Below, piece after piece: positions 1-14,111 of a stretch of DNA of 64,000 bases. The stretch spans positions 21,588,464 through 21,652,463 of the forward strand of contig NC_043011.1 in NCBI RefSeq assembly GCF_006345805.1, read 5' to 3'. Both the position numbers and the translations under genes were made by a program. The notes under the pieces are model-generated. The model saw only the letters and a program-made list of their open reading frames with translations, was not told the DNA's origin and did no database searches. Each line of letters begins with the position of its first letter. Within the stretch, counting starts at the first letter, position 1. The DNA is from Octopus sinensis (Eukaryota).

Positions 1-11
1 CACCTCTACAT

Positions 12-150
12 AATATTATATTACATTATATTATATATTATATCATTCACTATATTATATTACATTATGTTATATATTATATCATTCATTATATTATATT
101 ACATTATGTTATATATTATATCATTCATTATATTATATTACATTATGTTA
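12..150. repeat. 39-bp AT-rich minisatellite, ~3.6 copies
   Basis: Unit TATATTATATTACATTATGTTATATATTATATCATTCAT at 12-50, 51-89, 90-128 and partially 129-150. Confidence 0.9.
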
Positions 151-168
151 TTTCTTGTTCAATTTCAG

Positions 169-276
169 GTCACTTCGCTTACTCATCGTCCTCATGGCTT
201 GTGATAATGAGCTAAAGGAATGTAAAGATGCAGCTCTAGCCTATTTTCGACAATGGGTAGATACAGGAAACACAGG
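169..276 (+). CDS. M1 aminopeptidase (aminopeptidase N / ERAP1-like C-terminal domain), internal exon A
   Basis: Acceptor tttcag|G at 168/169. Reads (x)SLRLLIVLMACDNELKECKDAALAYFRQWVDTGNT(G), matching the LR..AC...EC...A...F..W pattern of M1 aminopeptidases. Phase-2 donor GG|gtagat at 276/277 fits the next exon. Confidence 0.85.
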
Positions 277-507
277 GTAGATAATTCTTCAAAAACTGTT
301 TTGTTTTCTCTTTATTTATGCACTTATGTATTTATTTATATATTTATTTATTTATTTATTTGAACAAGTCCTTTGTCAACGATATTTCTTTGTTAGATTT
401 ACTATGTCTCTTCATTGCTAGTTTTACTTAGAAATAAATCCGTTGAGCTCTTTACACATGCATGGCTTGCAGGATTCAGTTTGAGCATATACATATGTAC
501 ATTTATA

Positions 508-539
<32 letters not shown>

Positions 540-1419
540 ATTAGGGAGTATGGCTCCAAACTTACAGGGAAAAATTAGATTTAGTATTAAATCAAATTTC
601 ATATTATATTTATATTAATTTTATATTACATTTATCATTCTTTTTATACTTTTTGGGAAAAAAAAAATTATATATACATCTATATTATATATTATTTTAA
701 TTATATTTATATTATTTGTTATTTATGTATTGGTTTATGTCTATCACTGTTTGAGTTGCATAATAGTGGTTTTATCTCTAATTCATATTTTATATATATA
801 TATATATGACAATTGCAGCATGGAAGGTGTTTATAAGCCATTTAAAAAACAGACACAAACTGTTACATTCACTTCAACATTTAAATTTAATTTGTCAAAA
901 TATTTTCGTCGCTTTGATACTGTGACCTGTTCACTGACAAAACTCCGTGCTGCATCTGAGCAAGAAACAGTTAGCTCATGATATATATATATGTATATAT
1001 ATATACATGTATACATGCGTGTATGCATGCATGTATGTATGTATGTATGTATGTATGTATGTATGTATGTATGTACGTACGTATGTATAGGAGTACATAC
1101 GTACGTATAGGTGTGGATGCATGCATACACATGTATGTATGTATGTATGTATGTATGTGTGTGTGTATCTATGTGTGTATGTGTGTATGTATGTATGCAT
1201 GTATCTACGTATGTATGTACTTATGTATGTAGGTGAGTATTTAGGTGTGTAAGTGTGTAGACGTGTCTGTGGTTGTATATATATATGTGTGTATATGTGA
1301 ACGTATGTTTATGTACTTATATGTGTGTCTGTTCAAGTTGTATATATATATATGACTTACTCTGTCGAAGGTTGTATATATATATATATATATAATATAT
1401 ATATATATATACACACACA

Positions 1420-1800
1420 AGAAGTTTCACAGTGTCATGTTTGTTGACGCTACACCTAGGAACAAATTTAGTAAGGCATTTAAGAAAATCCTGTGCACAA
1501 CTGGCCTTAAAATCAAAGTTGGACAATCAAATCTGTATTATATAAATCATACCCATTTGATAAAATTACGTGTCAGAATAATTGTGCAGTATGTTCAACA
1601 AATCCACATGTGAACTGCAAAAAGAAAAGTACTGTATACCAGATTAAGTGCCAAGAAGGGACTTGCGCGATTATCCCAGAATCATATATTGGTGAGACTT
1701 CTAGGAGCATCAATGATAGGTTCAAAGAATACCTGGACAACTACATTGAAAAAAAAACCCAATTCCATCTTATCTACACATCCCACTGAGTGTACATAGA
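1420..1800 (+). mobile_element. Penelope-like GIY-YIG 3' fragment
   Basis: NC.KKSTVYQIKCQ...SYIGETSRSINDRFKEY endonuclease motif. Confidence 0.75.
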
Positions 1801-2162
1801 TTAATATAGTATGTATGTATGTGTAGATGTATGTGGATTTTAGCATGCGTGTGTATGTGTGTGTTTGTGTTGTGTGAGTATATATATGTGTATGAGTGTG
1901 TACATGCATACACATATGAGTATGTGTGTAGATATATGTGTATATAATATGTATATGTCTACATAAAATAAAAATAAAAAGTTTTTGAATTTAACCGTTG
2001 TCTGCAAAAATAGTGACATATTTATGTGCAGATGGATGTGTATACTTTAAGATTATACGTATATATGTGAGTGTATATGCATGTATCCATTTACTGTTAG
2101 ACGGTAATGAAAGGGACATATATATATATGTGTGTGTGTGTGTGTGTATATACATATGGGGA

Positions 2163-2742
2163 GGGGCTAAACACAGAGAGGACAAACAAGGACAGACAAA
2201 TGGATTAAGTCGATTATATTGGCCCTAGTGTGTAACTGGTACTTATTTAATCGACCTCAAAAGGATGAAAGGCAAAGTTGACCTTGGCGGAATTTGAACT
2301 CAGATCATAGTGGCAGACAAAATACCTAATTCTTTACTACCCACAAGGGGCTAAACATAGAGTGGACAAACAAGGACAGACAAAGGGATTAAGTCGATTA
2401 CATTGACTCCAGTGCATAACTGGTACTTAATTTATCAAACCTGAAAGAATGAAAGGCAAAGTCGACCTCGGCGGAATTTGAACCCAGAACATAACGGCAG
2501 ACGAAATACCTATTTCTTTACTACCCACAAGGGGCTAAACACAGAGAGGACAAACAAGGACAGACAAGCGGATTAAGTCGATTATATTAACCCCAGTGTG
2601 TAACTGGTACTTATTTAATCAACCCTGAAAGGATGAAAGGCAAAGTCGACCTCGGCGGAATTTGAACTCAAAACGTAACGGCAGATGAAATACCGCTAGG
2701 CATTTCACCCAGCATGCTAATGATTCTGCCAGCTCGCCGCCT
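2163..2742 (-). mobile_element. SINE with one head and a triplicated ~185-bp body
   Basis: Head GGCGAGCTGGCAGAATCATTAGCATGC, then three copies of GAGTTCAAATTCCGCCGAGGTCGACTTTGCCTTTCATCC...AAGTACCAG. Single-body copies at ~5750-5910, 26230-26400 and 61255-61465. Confidence 0.8.
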
Positions 2743-3391
2743 TATAAATCTCACAGAATACTGCAGGCAAATGTTTATATTTCTTCGTAGACAGAAAATT
2801 AGTGTGCTTATTCTGGTGATTATCTGTCTGAAAATTCATGGAAGTACATATGCCTTTATTATCTATCTATAGCTTTGAATCATAGGCTAGTAATCAGCTA
2901 AAACGGCCAATTTAATTTGCATACATATACATTCATTTGTAATTATATTGAATAATTATGAGCAACACATGTTTATAATTTATAAGTTTTAGGTATGTCT
3001 ACATTAAATTGCTGATTATTCAAAGCACAATGCATTATGCATACTTAATTAGTTAGTTAATTAATTTACTAACTTGCTAACAGATGTGACACTGTGCCAG
3101 ATCAAACTTATAATAATGCATGCCAACATGGGAAACTGTGATGGTGATAATAACAACAATGTTTGATTGTATGTGTGTGTACATGTGTGTGTGTATGTGT
3201 TGTAAATGTGTGTATGCATATGTGTAAGTATGTATATGTATGTTCTATGTATGTGTTGTATGTGTGTGTATATTGTAAGAATGAGTGTATATATATATGT
3301 ATGTGTGTGTGTATATATATATATATATGTGCTGTGTGTGTATGTATGTATATATTTATATATATATATATATATATAATATATATATATG

Positions 3392-3445
<54 letters not shown>

Positions 3446-3519
3446 GTATGTATGTATGTATATATATATATTATATTATATATATATATATATATATTAT
3501 AATATATGTATGTATATGT

Positions 3520-3564
<45 letters not shown>

Positions 3565-4668
3565 ATATATATATATGCCACAGAATCTGGGAAACCAAAC
3601 TTATTAACCTTTCATATTTTCTATTGTCTTGGTTACACATTTGATGTTGGTGGGAAATGAAAATGTATTCTAAGGGCTGCATGTAAAAATCTTTTGCAAC
3701 TCTCACAAACAATTAACATAAGCTTTATTTATTGTACATAGTTTTTTCTGTGTTGGTCTTTCAATCAAAAATAAAAGCAACAATTTATACACACTGGTAG
3801 TGACATACTACTGAGGTACACAAAAAAAATAGCTGATACATATCAAACTGTGACAAGCCTGTCACAACTGGGAAAATAATTGCAATAAATTCATGATGCA
3901 AATCTGTACCTTAGATCTGCCTGAAAGATGGTTCTGAACGAAAGAGAAGTCATTAGTCATAACAGTAATTGTCTCAGCATTCTGAAGTTAGTGCCAAAAA
4001 TCCACCTTTTTTTAGAAGGCTCATTAGAAGGTTCTACAAAGTTGAATCACATGATAGCTTGACACTGATTGGTCAGTGAACTGGCCAATTATGTGAAACA
4101 ACTGTGATCAAAACATGGCATCCACACAGCTATCCGACAATTCAGTTTCAATTCTGCTACAAGCCTATGGCACTGGAAAGACATTTGATACTTTTTGTTT
4201 TTGATGTGTGCATGTATCTAAATATGAAATGGCAGCAACATATGACAAACAAATGCCTTTATCAAGACCCGTGAAAAATTAGTGAGAAGATCAGGCAAAG
4301 ATGGCTGCGACTATCTGGTCACTGCATGTGCCATTCTGAACTGGAAGCATCCAAATTAGTCTTGTGGAACCCACTTCATGGCGATGTAAGAAGAGGAAAA
4401 TGTTTGTCACACTTACATTGACAACTTGATTGAAGACACTGGCCTGAAATGTATCCAGGATCCCAAGGCAATGATGTTGGACCAAGAATTGTGGCAGGTG
4501 GACTCTGTTGCTTCAGCCTGGTTTGGAACCTGGCCATGATGATAATCCTAATAATGTATATATGTACATCTGTGTCTGCATGTAAGTGTGTATATATTAA
4601 TTCATTCCACTAAATGGAAATTAAATGAAATGGAAAAATATAATTTCTGTTCCTATTAATTTTTCTAG

Positions 4669-4836
4669 CTTGGACACTGAACTGAATTCTATAATTTACT
4701 GCATCGGTGTCCGTTATGGAGATGAAGATGAATGGAATTTTGTTTATAACAAATACAAAACATCTACAGTGGTCATTGAAAAAACACCAATCTTAAATGC
4801 ACTTTCCTGTACCAGACATCCATGGCTACTCAACAA
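4669..4836 (+). CDS. M1 aminopeptidase exon B
   Basis: Acceptor ttttctag|C, donor AA|gtaagt. Reads LDTELNSIIYCIGVRYGDEDEWNFVYNKYKTSTVVIEKTPILNALSCTRHPWLLN(K), the VYC.G....G...EW.F...LSC..PWLL signature of the ERAP1_C domain. Confidence 0.93.
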
Positions 4837-5926
4837 GTAAGTCAATATTACTCTACCTTTTTGTTTAGTTACAGAAGACAGCACAACAGAATGGTGCCAC
4901 TTCATAACCTTTTCCTGAGGGCCTCCGAGACAGGTAGGTTAACTAACCTACTTAAACCTTTGCTCTCTATGGAGAATAGGCTACCGATAACTTTTCTTCA
5001 TTGTTCTTGACTTTGAGCTGTCTAATCTTCTCTCAAGTTAGATCCCTTCTTTTTAAACTTTGCTTCAGTATCCCACATCCAGCTACTTTTAGGACGTCCT
5101 TTCTTCTGTCTCCCTTGTGGGTTCTGGTGGTGAGAAGAGTGATGGGAGGCAACCTTGTAGCTTCCTTTTGAATTTTGCTGCAATGTATCATGTATTTCCC
5201 TAAGGGAAGACTTTCCCCTCCCAGGAGTTTTTGGCTTTGAATTGTCATCGATGTTTCTGTAACTTTGATTTTCTTCTAAGTAGGGATGTTGGCCCTATGC
5301 AAACCCATTTTATCTCTGAGAAGTGGTCTATATTATTCTGACTTCTACCCTTTGACCTGAGTTTGTTCTCTGCTAACATAGTTCTTAGAATCACTGAGGC
5401 ACCCAAGTCACAACATTGCAATATGGACTGAACCTTGTTGTAGCAATAATACAGTGCCTTCGCATAACCTTTTCCCCAGGGTCTCTAAGACAGGTGAGGA
5501 GGTAAAGGGGGATTGAAACTACAAGATATGGACTGCTGCTGTAGAAAACAGTGAATCAGGATATAAAGTTATACTCAGACAGGACACCTAGCCCAATTAC
5601 TTATATGTGAGATCCACAATGAAGTATTACCCTCACATCTGGGATGATACAACAACAACAACAACAACAACAACGACGATGACGATGATGATGAGGAGGA
5701 TTTCAAATTTTGGCACAAGGCCAGCAATTTCGGGGGAGGAGATGAATCAAATACATTGACACTAGTACTCAACTGGTAATTATTTTAGTAACCCAGATAG
5801 GATGAAAGGAAAAGTCGACCTTGGTGGAATTTGAACTCAGAATGTAAAGATAAGCTAAATGCTGCAAAGCTTTTTGCCTGACGTGTTAACAGTTCTGCCA
5901 GCTTACTGACTTAAAAAAAAATAATA

Positions 5927-5978
<52 letters not shown>

Positions 5979-8003
5979 GCCCTGATGCAGTACCAGACAG
6001 TGGCTCTCATGGCTTCTGATCTTAACTGATTGGAAGTGTTATCATGTACATTGTTTTGTCTTGGTATAAAAGATGGGCTACAGCAAATATTCTGCTCAAT
6101 ACCACAGATTTGCTTGTCAGTTATTTGACTTTAACCAGTTGAGCATGTCCCTTAGTGGCTGGTGTTATGTGCATCGCTGATCACGAGCAGAAGTAGTGGA
6201 GGAGCATCATAGCCGTGCATTGAAAGGAATTCTTTGGGGTTTGAATAATTCACCTCTGGAAACATGGGTGTTTCATTCAACATCCTTAAACAATCCTTAT
6301 TCAGGGACCTTTTGAGTGGGATGTGTTACTCGACCAGAAGAAAATTCTAACTGGGCCCCACCTGCAAGCTTATGCGCTGTTTTTCTTGATATGAGATCAC
6401 CATGTCGTGCACATACGGTTGTGATGCATGTGCCTAGTGTACCCTTATCAGACAGGTAGTCATGATGGGTATACTGGGCTTTGTATATTTTACCCCAGTG
6501 TCACTTTGATGGCATGCACTGCTCTCTCACTCAATAATAATAATAATAATAATAATGAACTTATAGTGCTCAGATGCACTACAACTCATCAGAAAGTATA
6601 ACCAAAACTGCATGAATAATATATAAAATATGCACCAGAGGTGAACAGTGAATGATTCATAAAAAAATAAACGTGGTTGGGGGCACCAGGTGTACTGTTG
6701 GCAAATTTCAGGAAGGATGTAGTGTTCCAGCAGCTAACAACTGATGTGGATAATTTATTCTATGCTTTAGCAATTCTGAGAGTGGTTGCTGTGCATACAG
6801 ATATCCTAAATGACATTCAGAAAAAAATCACCCAGACACACTCCAGCCTTTGACTCACCAGCATACTGTCCCCTCTCCTTACCTTTTTTTCTTGCTACTA
6901 TAGTCTTCTCAGCTCGTCAAACTTAGCCTTACTTGTCTCCCCTTCTGTTATCACCATTGTTGTGTACAATCTCCACATACTACACTTACCACTACGACCA
7001 GTTTTTCCTTCGTTTCATAGAACCTCAGTCTTTGGAAATCCCTCCCTGTTTGAGTTTTTCCTACTGGTGTTAATTTACAATGGTGCAAGAACATTAATGA
7101 CATTGCTCACTTACACACACACACACACACTTACTTACTGACTTGTACTTGCGGCGACATTCACCCTGGGCGGGTTGAGTCGGCTTCTTCTACCATGGAA
7201 GAAGTTTCATGGTAATATGTGGATTTCACAAGTGGTCCCCAACAATCCCGCATGTAGAGACATCCTGTTTGCCGCATATTGTCCGCAGACGCAGGGACAG
7301 AACGACCGAGGAGCCACCGGTTGCTGAAACAGACACTCCGAGGATTTTCGCCAGAGCCCTAATACCACTCGGTGTCAGACCAATCCGCCTCAGGTGGCCC
7401 TACCAGGAACCGAAGTTCCCGACGGCATAGCTCTGACACTACCCGTTGCCAGCGTCCCCACCATGGTGAGGAGGGGATGGACTTTGGGGATGCAAACACA
7501 TACACACTGCACTAGTCTTGAAGAACCTGGAAGGCCATGGTTACTTCCCCTTCTGGTGCATATTTTGTCAAACAACTGACAAGCAAATCTGTGGTATTGA
7601 GCAGAATATTTGCTGTAGCCATCTTTTATACCAAGACAAAACAATGTACATGATAACACTTCCTCCACAACCAGCAAAGAGAACAGAATAATATAAATGG
7701 ATCTCCGTCGGTTCTGATGATGAGTATTCAATTGTCCAATAAGCTGAATTTCCTGCTCATTGAATTAGCTTGTAAATGGTCAAGTATTCCACAGACACCT
7801 GTACTCAGAACTCTTTTGTCATCATATTTTTATTTAGCCATTTTTTTTATTTTCACTTGATTTTGAAAATAGTGGAAAATTTACTAACTTATGGAGTGGT
7901 GTCATCATCATCATCGTTTAACGTCTGTTTTCCATGCTAGCATGGGTTGGACGGTGTATAGAACATAAATCAACATGAAATTTTGATGGTAGGTTTTGAT
8001 TTA

Positions 8004-8319
8004 AAACGATAAAAGTCGCCCTTTTCAAGCCTAGCCAGGCTCACGGGCCCAGTTTCCCGGTTTCTGTGGTGTATGTGTTCCCCACAGCTGGACGGGATGC
8101 CAGTCCATCACAGCGTTACTCAAGAAACAGGAAGAGAGAGTGAGAGAAAGTTGTGGCAAAAGAGTACAACAGGGGTCGCCACCACCCCCTGCTGGAGCCT
8201 CATGGAGCTTTTAGGTGTTTTCACTCAATAAACACACACAACGTCCAGTCTGGGAATCGAAACTGCGATCCTCTGACTGCAAGTCCACTGCCCTAACCAC
8301 TGAGCCATTGCACCTCCAC
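8004..8319 (-). mobile_element. tRNA-derived SINE (V-SINE-like domain) with 13-bp TSD
   Basis: A-box TGGCTCAGTGGTT, B-box GTTTCGATTCC, GATGGACTGGCATCCCGTCCAG domain; TSD AGGTTTTGATTTA at 7991-8003 and 8320-8332. Confidence 0.85.
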
Positions 8320-9212
8320 AGGTTTTGATTTAGAGCACTTTAAAACATGAAGTTTGCAACATAGAACTAAGAGTGTCTTGAGCATCTGGTATCAAAAGGG
8401 TTAATGTAACTCTGAAGTTGAATCAGAGTGACAGTCTGTTGAGACAAGGCTGGATCTCTGAATTACAAATGCAATACATCCAACAGACCTCCAGACAATT
8501 TTCATATACCCAACCACAGAACGCTGAGCCCTACAAAGGAGATGACAGAGGATTGGGATATATGATGCATTGTCGTACTTGAAAAGACCTACCCACCACC
8601 ACAGAATTGAGATCCTAAAACCAAAGTGCCGCTTAAAATGCATTGGTGCGGGTGCTATGTATAAAGGACTGGTGCTGATTCCACATAAAAAGTATGGATG
8701 TGGGTGCTAGTGCTACATATAAAAGCACTGGTGCTAGTACCATATAAAAAGCACTGGTGTTGGGACCATGTACAAAGCTCTAGTGATGGTGTCATGTAAA
8801 AAGCACCCAATGCACTCTGTAAAGTGGTTGGTGTTAGGAAGGGCACCCAGCCATAGAAATCCAGTGTCAAAACAGACTAGAGAACCAGGAGTGGCCCTTG
8901 GCCTTGCTAGTTCCTTTCAAGCCATCCAACCCATGCCAGCATGGAAAACAGACATTAAATGTTGATGATGATGATGATGAACCAACTTTATAGGCTTTTG
9001 GAATTATTGATGTAGACCATAGTATTTTGTGAACATTAATTAAATCACATAGTATTTAGTGAACATTAATTAAATCAATTAAATTAATTAATTTAATTAA
9101 ACCCTAACCCTAAATCACTGAAGCAGTTTATTTGCCTTTTTCAATTTTTTTTTTTTTTTGTTATTTAGTTTAGCTACTGTTTATCACCTTGGCATTTCTT
9201 TTACAATGACAG

Positions 9213-9353
9213 GTATTTGAAAATCGCAATGAATCCAGACAAAATTCGTTACCAAGATGTCGGCACTGTTTTAAATGATATATCAAGGAATCCTATTGGA
9301 GAAAAGATTGTCTGGGATTTTATTCGATCGAACTGGGATGAACTTGCTACAAA
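9213..9353 (+). CDS. M1 aminopeptidase exon C
   Basis: Acceptor atgacag|G, donor AA|gtaaga. Reads YLKIAMNPDKIRYQDVGTVLNDISRNPIGEKIVWDFIRSNWDELAT(K), the IR.QD...N..G...W.F...NW motif. Confidence 0.93.
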
Positions 9354-9444
9354 GTAAGAATTTTGTTCGTTTTTTTCCTTGCAGAACTATTTTATTAACT
9401 GAAATGTTACAGCTGCTATTATTGCAAGGTAACTATTTTACATG

Positions 9445-9745
9445 TTTGTTCCTTCTCGAGCCATGCCTGGTTCATAAGGGCCAGTTTCCTGGTTTCCTTG
9501 GTGTATAGGTTCCCCACCTGGACAGGATGCCAGTCCGTCGCAGGTGAGCTGCAAGATGCAAGAGGAAAGAGTGAGAGAAAGTTGTGGCGAAAGAGTCAGC
9601 AGAAGTTCGCCATTACCTTCTGCCGGAGCCGCGTGGAGCTTAGGTGTTTCGCTCATAAACACACACATTGCCCGGTCTGAGATTCGGACCCGTGATCCCT
9701 CAACCACGAGTCCGCTGCTCTAACCACTAGGCCATGTGCCTCCAC
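9445..9745 (-). mobile_element. tRNA-derived SINE (same family) with 14-bp TSD
   Basis: A-box TGGCCTAGTGGTT, B-box GGTCCGAATC; TSD AACTATTTTACATG at 9431-9444 and 9746-9759; starts ~90 bp downstream of aminopeptidase exon C. Confidence 0.88.
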
Positions 9746-11110
9746 AACTATTTTACATGAACAAAAGCTGGCTAATTTTTCAAGATTTTAATCTGCCAAA
9801 TGCTGAGTTAATGATTTGTATCTCATGAACAGTACAGTGAGGGGTAATTTTTTCCCCCACTTAAATGTGGATGTTCTTTTAGAGCAGGGATAAACATTAC
9901 CTCTCGGTATTAGCACAGCCTGTCACTTATAGATATTTTTTAATAATACAGTATTTTACAAATTGGATATGATTTTCTTTTTCTTTTATTCTTTTATTCG
10001 TTTCAGTCATTTTGACTGTGACCATGCTGGAGCATCGCCTTAGGCATTCTATCCTATATTTTTTTATATTAACTAATATAACCAATGATTTTAAGGGGAC
10101 TTAGTTGCTATTTCTAGAAGACCAAGTAACCACAGAGAGGCTCTATAATACATTCCTCCGGGTACCATTATTGTATAATACCTGATTAGTGTTGGCTAAG
10201 CAGGTTTATGATCAAAGGTATTCTATCTTTTTATATCAAAGATTATATTGACTAATATAAACCAAAATACAGGCTATGAGTTTAGAGAGACTTGGCTGCT
10301 ATTTCTAAATCAAGTAACCATTATTGTATAAAAGAAATATGACATTAACATTCAGGCATGGCCATGTGATAGCATTGCATCTTGGGCAAATGTATTCTAC
10401 TATAGCTTTGAGCCAACCAAAGCCTTGTGGGTGGATTTGAAAGACAGAAACTGAAGGAAACCTATCATCAGTTCCTGCATCCCCTTTTTGTCCATGTGTC
10501 CCTCTTCATCTGAGCATTCCTAATCTTGCAGGTCATGGGTGCTGGTGCCATGTAAGAAGCACCCATACTGGTGCCACACAAAAGCACCCGTGCTGGTGTT
10601 GCACTAGATGTAAAAAAACATCCAATTCACACTGTGAAATGGTTGGCACTGGGAAAAGCATCTAACCGTAGAAACCATGCCAAAAACAGACATGGAGCCC
10701 GGGCACCTGTTAAGCTGTCCAGCCCATGCCAGCAGGGAAAGCAGACATTAAATGATGATGGTGGTGGTGGTGGTGGTGGTGGTGGTGGTGGTGATGATGA
10801 TATCAATGTGTGTATGTCTTTGCGCCTGTGTTTGTCCCCCACTACATTTTAACAAGTGTTGGTGTGTTTACATTCCCACAATGTAGAAGCTCAGCAAAAA
10901 AAACAAAAAAAAACAATAGATTAAACATCAAGCTTAAAAAATAATAATCCTGGGATTGGTTCATTTGACTAAAAATTATTCAAGGCAGTGCCCCAGCATG
11001 GCAACAGTTTAATGACTGAAACAAGTAAAAGATAAAAAGATAAAGACTAAAGATGTACAAAAATTCTAATTTGCTTCTTTTAATTTCCTTCTTTTTCATT
11101 ACTATTACAG

Positions 11111-11189
11111 GTTTGCAGATCAAAACTTGCCCTGGTCTACATTTCGTAGAATAGCAAGAGAGTTTAATGATGAATTTGGATTAAAAGAG
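11111..11189 (+). CDS. M1 aminopeptidase exon D
   Basis: Long pyrimidine tract then ttacag|G, donor GAG|gtaaaa. Reads FADQNLPWSTFRRIAREFNDEFGLKE; phases are consistent with both neighbouring exons. Confidence 0.85.
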
Positions 11190-12369
11190 GTAAAAAGATT
11201 TATTTCAGAGTGTTTTTTTTTAATCTTTCCTGAGGAGAATCTTCTATTTATTAATATGTGGCTGTGCGGTAAGTAGCTTGCTTACCATCCACATGGTTCC
11301 TGGTTCATTCCAACTGCATGGCACCTTGGGCAAGTGTCTTCTACTATAGCCTTGGGCCGATCTGGTGAACGGAAACTGAAAGAAGCCCATCATATATATG
11401 TATGTGTATATGTGTGTGTGTATATGTTTGTGTGTCTGTGTTTCCCCCCCCACCAACATCATAACTTAGTGGTTCAGCAAAAGAGCCCAATAGAATAAGC
11501 ACTAGGCTTACAATGAATAAGTCCTGAGGTCAATTTGCTCGACTAAAGGCAGTGCTCCAGCATGGCCACAGTCAAATGACTGAAACAAGTAAAAGATTAA
11601 TATGTATTCAAACAAATGTGTATGCCATTTTACAGTTGATTGACTAATGCTCATGAACTGCCTTTATGTGTGTGTGGTGTGTGTGCGTGCACGTGTGTGT
11701 ATGTGTACGAATCCATGTACATATACATGTATATATATATGTGTGCATGTTTCAATTGAATATAGTTAAAACATGGTCTGGTTTTCATATTTTTTATTAT
11801 TGTATTTAAAAATTTTTTTTACAATGTTGAAGTGTGTTAAACATTAAAAAAATATTTTGTAATGTTCATAAAGTTCAATTAGCACTTTCATACGTTCGTA
11901 GTAATCATCAGATTTCAAAATGTATTTAACTGACAGTTGAGTTCTTGAGAACTGTAGTAAATGGCTCCTTCCTTTTTATACCTCTTAGAAGGCTCCAACA
12001 AGCTGAATTTTTGGAATACAGTTTTGACCAATCTGCATGCAGCTTAAGCATCATGGTTTGCTAAGTGTACCAATATTACTGGCATAGATCCCACCTTTAT
12101 TTTAACCAATTAGCTTGCGGTTTACATGTAATGGTTTTATGAGTGAGCAAATTTAGTTGGTATCAATTGTTTTTATTTCAATTGGTGGTAGCCTTCTGTA
12201 ATTTGTTTATATTCATAAGTTAAAGATATTTTTTAATCCACATCACTAACTGGTTGTCATATTATTGATGTTATTTCCATTCAAATCAGGTTTGAGTATT
12301 TCAATAAAACAGTTTTCTTTTATTTTTCTTCCAACCTTACTTGTGTCTTGTAGTTTGTGGAAAGGAAAA

Positions 12370-12625
12370 ATTAGAAACATTTTCTGACCACATGTTTCTA
12401 TATGTTCACTCAATGGAATTTGGTGAACATTAGTGCTCTGGATTTGTTGTCTGTAGGCTCATGAGCATTCTGATAATGCATTTCCTGTCTTGCCAATATA
12501 TAGTTCCTTGCAATTAGGGCATTTAATGCAGTAGATCAAATTTCTGCTTTTGCAGTTCATATCTGCATTTGTGAAAATCTGTCCATTTTTTGTTCTAATG
12601 GATCTACCAATATGCATGCATTGAC
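12370..12625 (-). mobile_element. Penelope-like GIY-YIG fragment
   Basis: MNCKSRNLIYCIKCPNCKELYIGKTGNALSE in ORF 12459-12701. Confidence 0.8.
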
Positions 12626-12656
12626 ACATTCTACATGTGTGTGTGTGTGTGTGTGG

Positions 12657-12687
<31 letters not shown>

Positions 12688-12739
12688 TTGTGCCAGCTCA
12701 CCGCCTTCTCATAAAATAATTATGAAAATAATAATAATG

Positions 12740-13470
12740 AGTATTTTCCAATGGAAGTTGGATGTAGAGGGTTTGTTGGATACAGTGTGAGACGACTGTT
12801 GTTATCGTCAGGCCTAACTCATCGTAAACTAAATACCACCATAACCGACATCCAAACTACAGTGGAGAAGGTTAGCCACTGGATTTCATTAAAAAGAGAC
12901 GAAGAGTGATGGTTATATTTAATAACTAGTTGATCTAGCAAGCGGGGCCTCATATCAGTGAGTGGGTTCGGTGCACATTGATGCCGTCGAGAGGTAGGCC
13001 CCGAAATGGTGCACATTCTCTCCTGATGACCCCATACACTTGCTGGCTTCCGGTATGCGGAGTTTTTGAGTAGTAGCACTTGCATGTGCAAGTTGTTTGC
13101 AAGACATATTTACAGTGCTCAGGTGCACATCAGAAAAAGTAGCCAAAAGTGCACGAACAGTACATAGAATAATGCACAGGGAATCAGTCATTTAAGGGGA
13201 AAAGAAAGAAGAAAAGAAGGGGGCACATCAGGTGTACTGTTGGCGAATTTGGGGAAGAATGGAAGTTTTGAAGCTGTAGTGTTTCGACAGCTAACAATTG
13301 ACACAGGTAGTTTATTGCATGCTTCAGCAAGTCTGAGCATGAAAGATTGCCTCTGAAAGTCAGGGGTGTTGTGTTGTTTTTTTTATTTTGTGAGCATGTC
13401 CATGAGTGTCAGACATATGGAATTAAAAGAAGGTGCACATGTAAAGCTATAAATAATAGTGTTATCTCCT
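12740..13470. mobile_element. CR1/L2-like LINE remnants
   Basis: Minus-strand RT C-terminal remnants (VRALLATFSDVHL...KLRIPEAS); the adjoining 13220-13350 segment resembles 6680-6800. Confidence 0.45.
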
Positions 13471-14111
13471 GTTGCTTACCCCAAGAAAGAATGAAAAAAT
13501 GGCTAATATCTCCTTCAATCTTTACTTTCCTCAAACTTATCTCCCCTTGGACAGTTAGCAGCAAAACTGAATTGTTGGGCTTTTGATCCCTGTATTTATA
13601 CTGTTGCCAGAATGTTTTAGAAATTCTTGAAACATTTAGAAACTTCTCAAAAGTTCTTGAAATTTCTAGAAAGTTCTAGAAAATTCTGCTTCAGCAACTC
13701 AGCACCGAGGTTATCTGAAATGTAATGAAAATAGGTCAGATTCAAAACAATGATATCCAGGTCATAAAAGCAAAGTATGAAGGGAATAGTAGTCATTTCC
13801 TTTGATTTATAGATAGAAGCAAAGAGAAAATAACACTTACTGACCAAAGATAAAAAAGTAAAAATAAAAATTCTGTTACACAGTACAATATTATGTAAAT
13901 ATTAAGTTCAAAAACACCTTTGGATAGAAAGGCTGCCCATGGGACTGAAATCCACATCTTCTGTAGCAATGACAGGCTTTCTACCATCGGACCAAAGCAA
14001 TCTTTCAAATTTTATGATCTATTTTAAAAACTTATCTACTTTGATTGTTGATTGTTTTTTTTTTATTTTTGATTCCCTTTTATTTATTTATCTATTTTTT
14101 TTATTTTCCAG

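Noticed and set aside
257-258. Upstream GT as the donor of aminopeptidase exon A
   Set aside because: Phase 0, incompatible with the phase-2 acceptor at 4669; would frameshift.
7140-7731. GC-richer ORFs in aminopeptidase intron 2 as a nested gene
   Set aside because: No splice pattern or recognisable domain; more likely a decayed retroelement fragment, family not assignable.
9660-9745. tRNA genes at SINE heads (also ~8250-8319, 39950-40015)
   Set aside because: A/B boxes are present but no full cloverleaf; they continue into SINE bodies with TSDs.
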